DNA of 64,000 nucleotides. Origin: the human T2T-CHM13v2.0 reference genome, Homo sapiens. The position numbers and the translations under genes were made by a program. The notes under the pieces are model-generated. The model saw only the letters and a program-made list of their open reading frames with translations. It ran no database searches and was not told the origin of the DNA. This document shows positions 33,300 through 49,544 of the stretch, piece by piece. The stretch lies in NCBI RefSeq assembly GCF_009914755.1, contig NC_060928.1, one strand, 5' to 3'. Position 1 is the first letter of the stretch. Each line of letters starts with the position of its first letter.

Positions 33300-35130
33300 T
33301 TAAATTTTGTCCGCTACAGAGGTGAGAAGTGTATTTAATAACACGTTCTTTATCACACTTTCTTCTAAAGTTTATAATTGCCTTATTTTTTTCATTTGTC
33401 TAGTTTCCTATTTGCCTGTATTTTTTTCCCCAAGTCTTCCCTCATATTTGTCATAAACCTATTAATTTTTTACAAATGCTCAAACCCAGTTTCAAATATT
33501 CTGTTGGTTTTATTTTTTCCCTATAGCTCTTAATCCACTTGGTAGGCTTTGGATTGGCTGCTTGCCACCTTGACAGTGAGCTGCACAGAGACCACTCAGG
33601 AGCTTCTCTGTAGCACTTACTGTGCTGGAGCTCCTGTTTGTTGGATAATTACCTTTCTTAGTTTATTCCCATGATTTTCTGAAGCATAAAATCCAGAATC
33701 TTCTTAGGAAAGAGGTGTGGGTTGTCCAGTTTCTGACTATTCTGTGTCTGAAAATGTCCACTGAAGTTGATAGTCATCTTTCCTCACCATCTTAATGACA
33801 GTCCTCCATGGTCTTCTAGTTTCCATTATTATTGATGAGACATTCAATTCTTTTACTTATTTTTTTAATGTGTCATTTTGTTTCTTCTTTTGAATACTTT
33901 TCCTGTGTTTTCTTTATCCCTGTCGCACTAGGATTTTAGATACTTTAAACTGATATGAATCTCTTTTCATTCTTAGTACTGGCTATGCTATGAACTCTTT
34001 ACTGTAGAGACTCATGTCCTTTACCTCTGGAAAATTTTTCTTCTAATATTTCTTTATTAACTTTCTTTTTTCTATTTTGTTTGTTTAGAACTCTTTAACT
34101 GTAAGATGTTGGACTATGTGGATGATTCTCTCTCTCTCTCTCTTTTAATTTACCTCATTTTCCATCCCTTTGTGACTTTACATCGTTTTCCATCCCTTTG
34201 TGACTTTACATCATTTCCCATGAGATTTCCTTGACTCATTTTTCAAATTTACATGTTTAAAATTTTTTCTGGTAATAAAAATTAATTTCCAAAAGCTATC
34301 ATCTATTCCATGAATGTGCACTTTAAAAACAACAATATCCAGCAATTTTTCTGTGTCTGCAACACCTCATCTTTTAGAAGATGTGAGGACTACTAATAAA
34401 TTTTAAGTTTTCTTCTGCTATTTCTGTTGCTCTATTTTCTCTGTGTTCTGTTTCTATGCTTGATCTTGTTCTTGCCATTTATATGAGAGGTTTTCTTCAA
34501 ATGCTTGGTGGTTCTTGTCTATTTTGATATTAGAAGCTCTGAGTGGATTTTTTTTTAAATTGGGAGACCTTCAGTAATCATTTGCTGTAAGTATATTCTC
34601 TAGGGCTGTTCTAGTTAGAGAAGAATTCATTAGCCTAGTTTCTGGGTGGTTTTCCTTCAGGATTATGAACAGCACAAAAATTGAGGTTGGAGTTTCTATC
34701 ATTCAGTGTATAGACTTCTTTAATCAACCATATTTCATCTACTTTTTCACCTCCAACACCCTCTCTGCCTAGTATGACTAAATCAAGAGCCCCTCTGGTT
34801 GAATTCTCTGAAGAACAAACCTCTGGTTTCCTGCCTGGGTAATAGATACCTCTGGCTGCTTGGGTTTAAGAAGAACTCTATGGGCATAATGACAATTTCT
34901 TTCAAATAAACTCCTGGCTTGAGCCATGAGATTTACTCATATCTTTAAAGTGTCTATTGTCTTCCCAAGGCCTGAGTCTTTCAGAGATTCTGTAGGGCAA
35001 ATTAACCTGCTTTTTATTGCTCTCTCCCTTTACATGCACTCAATGTTTTCTGATTTCTGCTGTTCTAGATCAATAAATTACCTTTCTTCCATCTAGTTTC
35101 TGAAAATTTATTGACATGCTTCTTCTGCCA
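33300..35130 (-). mobile_element. Highly degenerate old L1M/HAL1
   Basis: T-rich strand bias and motifs tgtctgaaaatgtc, ccatggtcttctagtttccatt, ctctggaaaattttt. Boundaries approximate. Confidence 0.5.
34158..34212. repeat. 28-bp tandem duplication
   Basis: ttttccatccctttgtgactttacatc occurs twice, separated by one base. Confidence 0.9.
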
Positions 35131-36302
35131 AGTTTTTCCTTGTCCTAAAACAAAGATAAATAAAATAGTGTGAATACAATATTTGGGCCATGTGTTTATA
35201 ATCTCAATTTTATAAAAGAGAAGTACTTATATAAATTTTTTCTTGATTTAATCTCAAGTAAATTAAAAGGCAAAAGCTTTATGGTTGGGGAGTTCACCCA
35301 GGCCAGTGACTTTAGAGCTCAGGTCCTTGGGTCTAGGAGATAGGGGTTCAGTACTGAAACTACCACTCACTGGCCTTGAACCTTTTTCAGACTTGGGTTC
35401 CTTATTGTAAAATGGGGATTACCAACCCTGCAGGGCTTCCAGGAAGACTGGATGAGTTAATGCATGTAAAATGGCACATTTAAAAACTATTCTTTATATT
35501 GTCCATGAGAGCTAAGGCAATACAAAATCTAGATATATAAGATCTAACCGAAATCCATGCTTAATATGGGTCACAAGTCTCTAACATCATGATTCTCAAA
35601 CAAATTGCCATGGGATCTTGTTAAAATGCAGATTCTGATTCAGTAAATTTGAGTTGGGGTGGGAGATCTTATGTTACTAATAAGCACCCATGTGATGCTT
35701 ACCTGCAGACAATACTTTGAGTAAAAAGGCTTTAGACTGACTTATTTCAATATTGTTGTAACCGATCTTCTGTCAGAATGGAATGGCAGGCATTATCAAA
35801 ACAGCAACTCAAAGTATTATATAAAAAAATGGAATGACAGGCAATTGGAAATCGGAAGTATCTAGGGAGCACTTGTATTGTGTAGGGCTTTGTTGTCAAT
35901 TGAGATAAGATTCACATTGTTTCAACACCAGGTATACAGGTGGCAAAGATGAAAATCGAGGTGATGAGACCTGTGACTCCCTCTTTTTCTCTCAGTCCTC
36001 TACAAATACACCAGTAAAAGTGTCACAAAAATAGTATAAATATCTTTGTCAGTGTATGAAAATTTGTGTTAAAAAGAAATTCATTTAAAAGCACCTAATA
36101 GTTTATGACATTATTAACTACTCATAATCAACAACCAGATGCTTTTTACTGAAAAACTTTGATTAGTTTTTAAAAGGTTGCCCTTGAGGTAAATTGGTTT
36201 TCATATTTAAGGGACTAGGTTCATGTTTCAGTGGCTCTTTTTACTTATTAAGAAAAGAAGAAACAATTGAATGATATATTCCTTTTTTTTTTCTAATACA
36301 TA

Positions 36303-36658
36303 TGTCCATTCTCATGCTGCTAATAAAGACATACCTGAGACTGGGTAATATATAGAGGAAAGAGGGTTAATTGACTCACAGTTCTGCAGGGCTGGGGAGG
36401 CCTCAGGAAACTTACAATCATTGTGGAAGGGGAAGCAAACACGTCCTTTTTCACATAATGACAGGAAGGAGAAGTGCCAAACAAAAGGGGGAAAAGCCCA
36501 TTATAAAACCATCAGATCTTGTGAGAACTCACTATCACAAGAACAGCATGAGGGTAACTGCCTCCCTGATTAAATTACCTCCCACTGGGTCCCTTCCCAC
36601 AACACTTGGAGACTATGGGAACTACAATTCAAGGTGAGATTTGGGCTAAACCATATCA
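36303..36658 (-). mobile_element. THE1 MaLR solo LTR
   Basis: gtccattctcatgctgctaataaagacatacctgagactgggtaat...aaaccatatca. Confidence 0.9.
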
Positions 36659-37349
36659 GCATATGACTTAAACTTTGTTGTAGTCTTATGTGATAAAAAG
36701 GCCAAGATTGGAGTTTTGATCCATGCGTTGGCCAGTTATCCCTGTGTGTTCCGTAACTATAGATTGCAATCTTAACTTTTGCCAGTTTTTTACCTGTGTA
36801 TTCTATTGGTTTCAGTTTTCAAAAAATAAGGAAGCAAGGAAACAACCAGAAGCTGACAGCATAAAGTTGCTGACCATGGTAGAAATATAGGATTTAGGAG
36901 CTCAAATAATGGCCTGTCTGTATAAAATAGAATAAACTATTAAGGAGTTTTTTTTCCAACTCTAGATATGAAATTCTCATCATAGGACCACCTGGAAGAA
37001 CAGATAGTTTCATCGCTGGAAATTACGAAGGGTTGCACATTCTATTACAGAGCCTTCCTGTATTTTTGTGTTGTTTTTTAAGTTTTGGAGGAAGGGGAAA
37101 TGACAGAAGTAACTCAGGTCTGTTGGCTATTTTGTTTAAGAAAAAAATTATGGAAGACTTTTTGAATTGGGGAACATTTGCAATATTGATCATATGTTGT
37201 AAAATATTTTCAGTAGTATTACAAAGTGGTAGTGGAAAAATAAATAATGCCTAAGGGTTTGCCATAAAAAAGAAAGTAGCCAAGAAGGTAATAATCTTAA
37301 AAGAAATGGCAGGACATCCTAAAAATGGACTTAGCTTTTGGGTATTCTA

Positions 37350-37565
37350 GGTCAGCACTGCCCAAATAGACATTTCTGTGGAAATGACAGAAAATGTTCT
37401 GTATGTGTCCTGTCCAAAATGGTAGCCACTGGCCACATGTGGCTTTGGAGTAGTTGGAATGCTGCTATTGCAACTGACAAACTGGATTCTTTTATTTAAT
37501 TCTAATTAATTCAAATTTAAATTTAAATAGCCAAGATGTGGCTAATGGCTACCATATTGAAATAT
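37350..37565. mobile_element. MER3/MER33 hAT-Charlie element
   Basis: cagcactgcccaaatagac...atggtagccactggccacatgtggc...gtggctaatggctaccatattg. Confidence 0.7.
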
Positions 37566-38314
37566 AATTGTGATGTTCTATTTTTAATGTGTTTGAGAAG
37601 AGAGAAAAACAAATAGCATATGTAGTAAGGAATCAATATATGTATTGACTGAGAACTACTTAATATAAAGATATACCACTGGCTTAAAAATCATTAAAAT
37701 ACATATATGTGAATGTGTATATATATGTATGTATATATAATGTGATTAAAATTTAACATATTTACACTAAACTACGCAATATAAAGGTATATTGCTGACC
37801 TTAATGTCATTAGTATGTATATACTTATTGATTCATAACAGATTATATTTGATAAGAAAAATATATGTATTAAAGTCAACTCTAGAATATGTGGTTATCA
37901 TAATATTAATGAAAATTAATGAGTATTTTCAAATTGTGGTGATCTTATACACATTTATCACTGTCTATCAATAATTACTCTTAGTTATCAGAGTAACTAG
38001 AATAGAGAAAAGAACAGAGGGAATGACAGAGGGAAAGACCCATTGAAACAATAAATGGGTCTCTTAGGAGACAGGATTGCTGGACCCAAGTGTGAATTAA
38101 GGACAAAAGAAGAAAAAAAAAATTCTCGAAATTTATCCTTTTGAGTATTTTGAGTTGGGATGAACCAGAATTGACAAATTGATGCCTGCTTTCTCTGAAG
38201 AGAATTTGTTTTGTTCAGCAGAGTTTCAAAACTAAAAATGTATTAATTAATGATTAAAATCCTTATAAGTAAGACTAAAAGGGTTGAAGTAGATTTTTTC
38301 CACAAGGAAGATGA

Positions 38315-38550
38315 TGAGCACTGGAGTCAAAGGGATGCAGTTCAAATCCCAGCTCTGTTGCTTTCTTCCTGTGTGATTTTGGATGAGTGACCCTGCCCTA
38401 CTAATGCTCGATTTCCTTACCTGTGAATTATAGAGAATGAAAATACTCCCTCAATAGGTTTGCAGAGAGGATGAAAAGAGAAATGAATTTCATGCACTTA
38501 ATATAATGTTTAATAAATAGAGTAAGTCCTCAAATGGTAGTTAATATTAA
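38315..38550 (+). mobile_element. MIR
   Basis: ttcaaatcccagctctg...tttccttacctgtgaa... Confidence 0.6.
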
Positions 38551-40090
38551 ACTTTGATGAAATACTAATAAATTAGAAGAAAGAGAGCATTTCAAGTTCC
38601 ATGGGGCTGTTTCAAGAATGCTAATGAAATTATAACCTAGAAACTACTTATGAGAAGGAGATACCACCCAAATATACGAGAACGGAGGTATGGAAAAGTC
38701 TGAGAGAAAAGCGTGAAACTTAGGAATTTGAAATTAGGAAATTATTAAAGAAGATGCGAACCTTTTATTACAATTTGAAACCTTGGAGAAAGATAATTGA
38801 AGTGGAGAAAAAGCTGCTTAAAAAATTTAAGTTTTGTGGAGTAGTAATGAAGCCTGAATTTATGGGAAATAGAAACACTGAAACTACTTGCTTGTAGAAT
38901 GCCCAAGTGTTCACAGGTTTTCTAGGAACAAGGCAAAAATAAAATAAGAATCCACCATGATCATGAGGTCTTACATACAAAAGGGATAAACTCCAAAAGA
39001 GACTTATCTGAAGGCTTTTCCCATACTATGATATCTTAGTAATGAGAGAAGTAGTTTTTAAGAAGTGGAAAAACATTTAGAAATCACTAAGATACTTACA
39101 TATGCTTGATATCCACTATTTAAAAAGCCCTCTAATCCATCTCCAAAGTGTTCTCCTGAATCTTTTCCTATTTGATTTCTAACAGGAAAACTATACATGC
39201 AGTTCTGTTTTCTTTGATGTGGTTGTTTCTTAAATCTTGTAGTCTGTTTTTTAAAAATTAAAAAACACTTAATATGTACCACATACAAAATGCTGTACAT
39301 ATTTAATGTATACAATTTGAGTTTGGAAAGAAGTACACACCCAGGTTTGTATTTTGGTTTTTATTTATTGAAGTTGTTTTGGCCAACAGATTTAATAAAA
39401 TCTCTCATTCTTCCAGATTTCTATGTAGTATGTGACATTGATGATCATTTCTCTCTTCCTAAGATTATTTTTAGGATTCTCCTACTTCTCCACTGACTAT
39501 TCCTTCTGGAACTCATTTTCTGTTTCCCGGGTCCTCTAAATATGTCTTTTCTCTGTATTTCCTTTCAGACTTCTTTCCTTTCCATTCTATACTATGACCA
39601 TCCGATCCTAACCCATGCTTTCAACCTTTATTTCTATTCATATTTATCCCGAACCTATATCTTTGGGCCTAAGCTCTCTCCAGAATTTTAGCCCTACCTT
39701 TCTAATAATGTTTATTGAATGTGTACAACTAGGTGCCCTGCAACTCAAAGTTAACATTCCTGAAAGAAATTGATAAATTTCCAGCTTTGGGTTGTGCCTT
39801 CCCTGTTTCTAAAATTGCACCACTATTTCCTAAATCAGGCAGACAAGAAACTTCTGCTGTCTTTGATTCTTCCATCTCTGTTGCCCCTCATATTGAATCA
39901 GTTGTCATGTTTTGTAACTTTTCAGAATTTTGTACAGAATTTGTACTTTATTCTTGTTGCACAGAATAAAGCAGCCTGTGCAACAGTACAAATGGCCACT
40001 GTGTGGAATTACCATAGACTGAACCAAACTTAGCAAATAGTGATTAGAAGGTTCATTAGAACCCCAGCCATTCCCTAAAAGTAGGCCAGT

Positions 40091-40770
40091 TGAAGCGGCA
40101 TTGTTGTCTGGGGTAAATACCTGAAATTCGCAGTCTCGCGGCCACGGAAAACTAGGACGCGGACACACAGAGAGTGAGTTCAGTGCTGAAGTTTAGCAGG
40201 TGAATGAACGAAAATAGCTCCCTCTGCTGCAGAGAGAGGGGTCCCAGAGAAATGAGTTGCCGCTTCCATGGTGGAATGCAGTGGGTTTTATAGATGAGCT
40301 TGAGGAGGCAGTGTTTGATTTACACAGGGCACGAAAGATTGGTCGGACCAGGTGTGCCATTTGCATAAGGTACGAGAAACTGGTTAGGGCTAGGTGTGCC
40401 ATTTGTATAGTTCGTGAAAAAACTGGCCACCCCACCCTAATATTTTATTATGCAGATGGGTTCTTTACCTTGGCTGGTGCAATGTTGCCTGCTTCTTTAC
40501 CGTACACATGGTGACAAAGGAAAGGGAAGATGGAGCCTGTGTATTGAACAAAACTGGCTTGCAGGTAGCCCTTTTCTATTGGCATAGCTGCTGGCATTCC
40601 CCTGTGTGAGCTTCTAGCTTGCTTATCTATGTCTGCAGCTAGATTTTTCAGGCTGCTCTTTGTTAGAAAAGAAATTATTTGGGGCTGCTTTCTGTTAAAA
40701 GAGAAATTCCACCAAGGACTCTGTTGCCCTTAATATCTTCCTAAATAATTTCTTTCTAGCTCCTGTATCA
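40091..40770 (-). mobile_element. MER51 ERV1 solo LTR
   Basis: Reverse complement begins tgatacaggagctagaaagaaattatttag and ends ...gccgcttca; 4-bp TSD CAGT. Confidence 0.85.
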
Positions 40771-43217
40771 CAGTTATGCAAGCAAATAGGTTTTGGAAAT
40801 AAAGCATGGCTAGATTTTTAAAGTAGTAAATGATGGAAGATGAAAACAAGAATGGGCCATGAGCCCAGCCAATGGGGGCATTCACATTATTCCTAATCTC
40901 TTGACAACTGTAGTGTGTAAGTCATGTCTTCAAAGTAAGTTTTCTGTATAGCTTTATTAGTGTTCCATACATAACAACCTCCCTATAAGTATTTTTGAAT
41001 ACCCTAACAGACTTCAAGCAGGTACGACTTAGATATGAATGAGACAAGATAAAAAAATTCAGTGAAAAATTGCAGATTTTAATTTGATTTTTCCTCCGCT
41101 ATAAACCTTTTAAAATATAGAAGAAAGGAAAAGATTTGAAGAGCAAACTGGGTCTTCTGAGTGGCCCAAATAATGTGCAGTATTGTGTTTTGTCACCTTC
41201 TTGCTTTTTATAATTAGAGGCTTCATTTTGTCAGCTGCTTTAAGCCACGTTTCCTGGCATCCTAAGGTTAGGTTCTGGTCATTTTTTGTTTGTTTGTTTT
41301 ATTTTTAACTACCCCCTCTTACCAGAGGATTGATAACAACATAGTAAGGCCTATTTATACAATATATATTTTTTTAAAAAATAAAGAAAATGGATTTTTG
41401 CATCTTGCCTTACTGACAAGTTTGTAAATTGCCAGTCTTTGCTCTTTTCTCTCTCTTCCAATTTTTCATGGTGGTAATTAAGGACTGTAAATTTCACTTT
41501 ATCATTTGTGTTAGGAATAGTAGCATAAATCGTAGTAATAGCACCGTTTATTTCAGTAATGCCAGCCTGCCTGCAAATCATTTGTAAATTGGTTCCATGG
41601 ATGTACCTCTATCAAATTAACCAAAAAACCACCTGCATACATTTCCTGAGCTTATTTGAAAGGCTTAGTAACAGTGAGGAAGAAAGACCATTGCTGACCT
41701 TTCCATTTTTATTTATTTGTAAGTTCTGAGTGGCTCATGCGTTATGTTTTCATTTTGAACCCTGGCAAATATCTAGCTGAGCATTTTATGTAATGCCTTT
41801 AAAAATTTTTTGAAACACAGGCTGAGATTTGTGTCACAAATAATATGCCTGCCAGATGGTCCTACTGTGTTTCATACACAGTAATCGTAATGTTCTATTG
41901 AACATAAAATTATATGCCATTTGTGAATTTATGGGAAGTAATGCTTTTGTGTTGGCAAAAGATTTTCCAAATGAGCATAATAGTTTTCAATATTGGGGAG
42001 TTAGGCAAGAGTCACTTATGTTTTTCCCTTGTACCCAGAAAGTTGATAGCAGTGTGATGTTCTGAATATGGAAGACAGGAGAGAATCTTTCCTTGTATGC
42101 TTTCCTTAGATGCCTACTTGTGCTCTCTGGAGCAATAGCTAAGACAATTCCAGTTCATATGAGGCTGCCTCCAGTACAGTTTATATAACATCTTGGGCTC
42201 TGTCCTGGATAGGTATGTTCCTTTCAGGGACCTCCTAGCATACAAAACTGATGTCCAGCTTGCTTCTTACTTATTGGTCCTACCCTAAGAAGATGAAAGA
42301 GAATTTAAATTTCATAATGGCTTACTCCTAGTCTTACCTCTAGTCAAATATTTTTAGGGAAAAAAAACAAGGGTACTTACCTTAATTTTGCATTTGGAAT
42401 TGCAAATCTGAGGCAAAATCAAGTTTTTGAGGTCTTAGAGAATAAAAATATAATAATAATTACAACATATAACTTTACGTTTTTATGTAGATCTTCTCCT
42501 TATTTCTGTTTCTGGTATATAAACTTTAAGAAATAATTATCTGAATCTAAATTCTGTATTTCATTGGTTTTATTTATTGTAGAGTCTTCGAGTTTAGCAT
42601 GAAAAATCAGAAAAGCGTATAGGGGCTTAACTTTCATAAGCAGCCTGCTCTTACATCTAATTAAGAAGATAATGACAAGTTTCCTTTAAATTCTTAATAG
42701 TTATATCTAGTTTCATTCTCTATATATTATTTATTATAGTCTCTGTGCTATTTAATAGATAATATTGAAGACTTCTTACTTAGGAAGTTGAAATAGTCTT
42801 CTAAGGAAATCCACTCACTATTTTTTTCTAATCCTCTTCCTATATATTCTTGTAAGTAATTGGCAATAACTTACTTTGAAGAATTTATTTTATTAGAAAA
42901 AGAAAAGACGAGAGCAATAGATTGCCTTGAATCTTACTATTCTCTAAAGAAGTTAGTCTAAATATTTTACTTCTATGTAGCAAAATCAGAGAGCCCTAAA
43001 GTAAGTTTGATGCATTTTGAAATACTGTTGAATAATTGTTTCAGTAACCATTATATAATTTAGTCCTAAGCACATATGCAATAATTCTCATGGAGAAAAA
43101 GCTCTGGAAAACAATGGATTAAAAAGCTAAGATATTAAGCAGAGATTTTAAAGAGTGACAGTTTTTATTATTATGGACTCTTCCATGTGTGGTTGAAGCT
43201 AGTGTTAAAAACATCTG

Positions 43218-43544
<327 letters not shown>

Positions 43545-44967
43545 TTATATGTAGATCCGTATTTGAATAAATATACATGTATTTATAAATATATATAGAT
43601 TAAATATGCTTTCAATGTCTGGTGTTACAGTAATCCATTTCGCTACATTAATGTGGGAGAGAATAAGTTAAAATGCATTAGCCATAAAGAATTTTTTTTA
43701 GCCTATTGGGCTTATTCTGTTCATGAGACTTTGAAATATTTGTGTAAATTCTTAGATAAAAGCCATAAAATTAAATGTTGAAAGCCATCACATTTCATTT
43801 AACAACAAACCTGTGATTAACTGATAATCAAGTTCTCAAAGATGGTGGAATAAATGATCTTTCCCTTCACCTCTGTTCTCTTCTAAAATAAATCGTCTCC
43901 AAATTGTGAACAAGCATGAGAAATTTCTAACTAAAGACCTTTCTTTCTCCAAGGCTCTGAAAAGAAGGGCTTGGAGTGAAAAGTGCCATAACTACAATAG
44001 TAAGTGCATTCTACCAAGAATAAATAAAAATTGCAAAGCCTGACAGTGAAGAAAACAGAGAGGAATTCAAGGGACTAAACCTCAAATAAAGGATTATCCT
44101 TGTTTGTGAAGAATCTATTCCAGTAAGAAATCAATCTAGGGGGTTTCTACATACAAAAGCAGTTGGGACGTTTTTTAAACTATAAAGAAACTGCAGCTGA
44201 GACCAGTAATTCTAACTGGGCAGTGGTCTCCCAACAGGTTTTCAGGCATCTGAAATGGACATCTGCCTTGGTCTTTTTCTGTACAGTTATTAGGTCCTGA
44301 CTATATTTATTCAGAGAGCAGCTGTCCTAAATCAATGACACCCACACTGTCATTAAAATAAATTTGGTACTATATTTTTTTACAGCTCTATTAACTGTAC
44401 CATTTGACTTTCTACTTTGTAAAAGTGGAGAAATAAAGAAAATTGAAGACTGTGAGTATATTGTTTAAGTGAATAGCAACTACATTAACATCCCATGAAC
44501 AGTAATGGAGGTAGCAGAAACAAAGTGACAGATTTAACACTGCTGTCTATTTAAGTGTCAAATGGAGTTAAGTGATTTGCTGAATTCTTAACATGGTTTG
44601 GTGCCATAGTACTATAACAGCTAGCATACAACATTGAAAATTAGACACTGAAAATTAGAGCACAATATTGTCTTAATATGTGGAAAAAGGTAGATGCACT
44701 TGAGTATCAAGCAAATTGCTACTGAAAGTGGTAGGTTTCTAGATGAAAAATGGGTTTGATTAATAAAAACAAAATAATTGAAATGTATTTATTCATTCAC
44801 TCATTCTTGCATTCATTCATTTATCAAGAATTTTTTGAGTACCTGTTATGAGCCTGACTCTGTTAGAGGCAGAGGATACAAAGTAACGGAATATGTGGTC
44901 TATGTTCTCCTGGAGATTTCACTCTAATAACATGTATTCATTTGGTCAAAATGTTTTATTAATTTAG

Positions 44968-45325
44968 TGCATTAGTCCATTCTCACACTGCTATAAAGAA
45001 ATACCAGAGATTGGGTAATTTATAAAGGAAAGAGTTTTAATTGACTCACCGTTCCGCATGGCTGGGGAGGCCTCAGGAAACTTACAATCATGGCGGAAGG
45101 GGAAGCAGGCATGTCTTACATGGTGACAGGAGAGAAGGAGAAATTAAAGGGGGAAGAGTCCCTTATAAAATCAGCGGATCTTGTGAGAACTCCCTCACTA
45201 TCACGAGAACAGCGTGGGGAAAACCGCCCCCATGAGCCAGTCACCTCCCAGCAGGTCCCTCCCTTGACATGTGGGGATTACAATTTGATAAGATTTGTGT
45301 GGGGACATAGAGCCAAACCATATCA
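44968..45325 (-). mobile_element. THE1D/MSTA MaLR solo LTR
   Basis: tgcattagtccattctcacactgctataaagaaatacc...gccaaaccatatca. Confidence 0.88.
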
Positions 45326-47409
45326 GTTAGTCAACATTTATTGGATTTATGACAAACAATATTTCTCGAAATGTTTTGAATATATTCTTCTTTTATATGT
45401 ACTTTAAATACCTCTGCTTCTATTTTGTAATACAAAAACAAAGGCAAGACAAAACAACAAATAACATGAAGCCATGCTAGTACACTGAGAGTCTACAGAA
45501 TAAGGACACTTCCTTCACTCTGATAGGAAAAAAATATATTTTCCTTCTATGTTAAGGGCTGTACCTTTTCTATTAGAGTGGCTTTTTGACTTAGAGGTTT
45601 ATAGATATATTGCCTGTGAAATCTGTCACAATGTTAATAAACTAATACATTTCAAATTTTTAGCTTAGGTAATAATTCTATAGGGCAATATTATACATAG
45701 TTAAGTAAATGAGAAGAATTTGTTCCCTAAATGAGAGAGATTACAATTCTTCCCAAGAGAATTGTGAATATTATTGTTTAGAAAATAGGCAGGCCATTGA
45801 AATGTGTTGAAGTCATCAATGTCAACTTTCAGCTTTTCTTGCATAGGTTCACCTGTGTTTTGTATTATAGGTTCTACTCTGGGTAAGCACGCTTGCATTA
45901 TGTGAAGCTTGATATATAGAGAGGTTTATAGACTCATTCATTCATTCAACAAATATTTTGTGAGCACCTACCTTATGTAGCATATTGTTCTCGTGCCTGG
46001 GGTTATAAGTGTGAACAAGATAATCAAAGCTCCTGCCTTCAAGGAGCTCACATTTCAGGGAAAATCTAGATAAAATGTGTAGGTAGAAAAATCGGTGATT
46101 CTGTCCCACGCTACCTTCAGGAAATAAAACATTGTAGTATGAGACTCAATAATTCATACATTTACTCTTTCAACAGATACTTAGTGTGCTCCTACTGCGT
46201 GCAAGACACAGTTCTAGGTATTGGATCTTCCCTTAATCTTCAAATTCAGAAGATCTTAAATGCATTCCAGAAATTTGTTTCTTATAAGTACATTGTGTGA
46301 GTTTACAATCAGAAAACTTTTTTGAAATTACCTCTTCAATCAATTTCTTTTGACTGTAAATTATCCTACCTGGATTTGTGATAAGAACGATGTAGCAGAA
46401 AATTCAGAACAGGAAGCACACTGTGATGATGGCTTTATTTGTTGTTGACTGATAGAAAACTATTGTGATCTTAACTAGACAAGCTGATGGCCAAGATGGT
46501 GTTTCAGAGGAAACAATGAAGAGCCTCTCTGAGATTCTCACTGAAATGAAAAGCAGCTTGCTTTACCAAGAAACTGCAGGAATGACTCAGGTAGTGCCAA
46601 AGCTTTTCTCAAAAAGCAACTCTGGTTCTACTCAAATACTTAAATAAGCACTTTAAAATTACAGAATTATTCACTATAAACTTTACAGATATTTGCCTGG
46701 AAGGTTTTTGAGGGTTGGATCCAATGTGGCTCCTGAACCATGTTTAGTTTATTCCTATTAAAAAAATTAAGCCATTGCTACAATCTAGTAGATAAAAGTA
46801 GAATAGGGTTTGAGAAGATAGGCAGTGGGTTGATGATGTTGCAATTTGGGGAAAGAATAGAGCTATCCTTTGTCATAATAATATGAATGACACATTGGTT
46901 CCTTCCTACAGCTACTATATATAGTCTTTTGCATCGCTACTCATAGCAAGATTTAAAGAATTTAGCAGCAAAAATCCATATTTTTGAAGGAAGAAGAAGG
47001 GATGGGGTGGGGGACAAAGAACATAGAAATAGCTACCTTAATCTATGATTTATGCATTTACAATCTTTTTAATGACCTGTTCTTCTGCCTGATATAACAG
47101 GAAGGACACTTGACAGTCACTTTAGGGAGCAAGAAGGAAGATGTGAAAAATTAAGAGTATTAAATGAAGCATACTTATTGTAGGATTCCCTGTGACTAGA
47201 TGCTTCAAAGATACTTATTTATTCATTCATTACTTGGCCTGTTGCTCATTCCATTATTCAACCAAACTTAGGCATGCCAGACAAAGGAGACATGCTGATG
47301 TACAAAGTAAACATAATCTCTGACCTCTTAGAATTATATTCTTCTCAAGCAGAAGGGAATATAGTACATGACAAATAAAAAGGTTATTCAGCTGGATGAC
47401 TTATTATTA

Positions 47410-47805
<396 letters not shown>

Positions 47806-49544
47806 TTAGGTGTTCTGCTGATACTCAAGAATCTCTTCTATGAATGTGCCTGAGATTTAAGCTCTATAAGGGCAAGGATTTTGCTTTTCTTGGCCACAAA
47901 TACCCAGTTCCATTGGGCAGTCACATAATATACTTGCTGAATAACAACCTGGGGCTTTATAAAGTCAGGAATTAATTTAAGTTTCTTGACACAGAAGCAA
48001 GTGGAGTGATGAGAGGAGCAATAATATCTGATTTAGATCATAACACTTGTTGGAGCTTGATGGACTAAGATCTTTATAAAATGATCTTTTTTTGAAAACT
48101 GTTTTTGGAAAAATGAACTCCCTAACCAGTGATGCTTGGTTCTTATGATACTCTTATCATCTTAGAATGAACCAAGAAATTCTAGCCATAATGGAGAATT
48201 CTTTTGAATTACTGTTTTGAAAGGAGGCCAAGCTAGTTATTCAAGTTTGTCCTGGCAGCAGGATGATATATAGGATTCTAATTATTTGATGATGGACCTT
48301 CTATTTTAAAAGTTATCTTTCTTAAAAAAAATCCAAAGGAGACAACTATTAGCAGCTCTGTGGAGTTGCACAGAGTGAGCTTCAGAGCCTTCCTGGATAA
48401 AATTCCTTGCATGCTTCCTTCTCTAGATGCAGAATACACTGTTAGTGAGAAATGACTATGATCAGCATACTGTGTTTATCAGAGACCATAGATTTTAGTT
48501 TATGGGTCTCTTCATAGAAGTTTTAAGTTGTACTGTGGACAACATTGTTATGGAAGTTCCCTGACAAATTTTAAAAATTAAGTTGTCCTGATCTCTGAGG
48601 GAGTGAAGTTGGAAGAGCAGAGATGGTAATTTGGCTCTCAATAACTACTGTTTTCCAAATGGGTAATTTTTAGAATGGGAATGTCAATTATTCCAGCTGA
48701 CTTCAGTTAGGATTAGATTCTTCATTAGGGTTGACAAGATCTGCTTTGGGAACAGAAGAGGAAAGTCTATGGCAAGATAATCTGAATAAAGACCTTCAAT
48801 ATTCTGTTTGGAACAGAGATGGTTTTCAAGTCCTATCTCTTTTGTTCCTTATTTCCATTAAAAGGTTAGATTATAAAATTAATATGGAGATGAACAGCTT
48901 CAAAAGGTAAAAATTGATATCAGCAAAAAATTGTTAAATATTCAAATTTGAATAAAATAGCAAAATAATGTTTGATGAATGAGTGAGTAAGACCAATATA
49001 ATATGATTAGCTTCTGAAAGCATGAGAAAGAATAAAATTAACTCAAGCAGCTAGGGGCATATAAGACCCCTTAGTTAGTACCTACATAGATCAAGTTCCT
49101 TGAGCTAAGGTAGCTGTTTAACAGGACTCCAAGATCTGGGTTTGCCCAGCAGGGATCAGTATGGATATTAACAACTGTAATAAAGTTAGGGCCAATGAGC
49201 AAACAAAGCAGTTTCAGTTGCTTTTCTGTAGCACACCAAGCATGAAGAACCGATGCCCAGATCAGCAGTATCATTATGACTCTTTTAAAAATTAGTCATT
49301 TGCATAAATCAGATCTGACATTTTGTTTTATTCCAGACCATAATACTTATAATATTTTTACCAGTGGGGCTATTTCTCAATGGCTTTATTAATATATCTT
49401 CAACCTAGGAACCATGACTTACAAGCTTGCTTTTCAAAACAATTATATAATTTTTGTTTAATTTAATCCTTGGTTCCATTTGTTCAATGCATGCTATCTG
49501 CTACCTTTAAGTTATACATTTTTGATTATTTTCCCCTGAGAAAG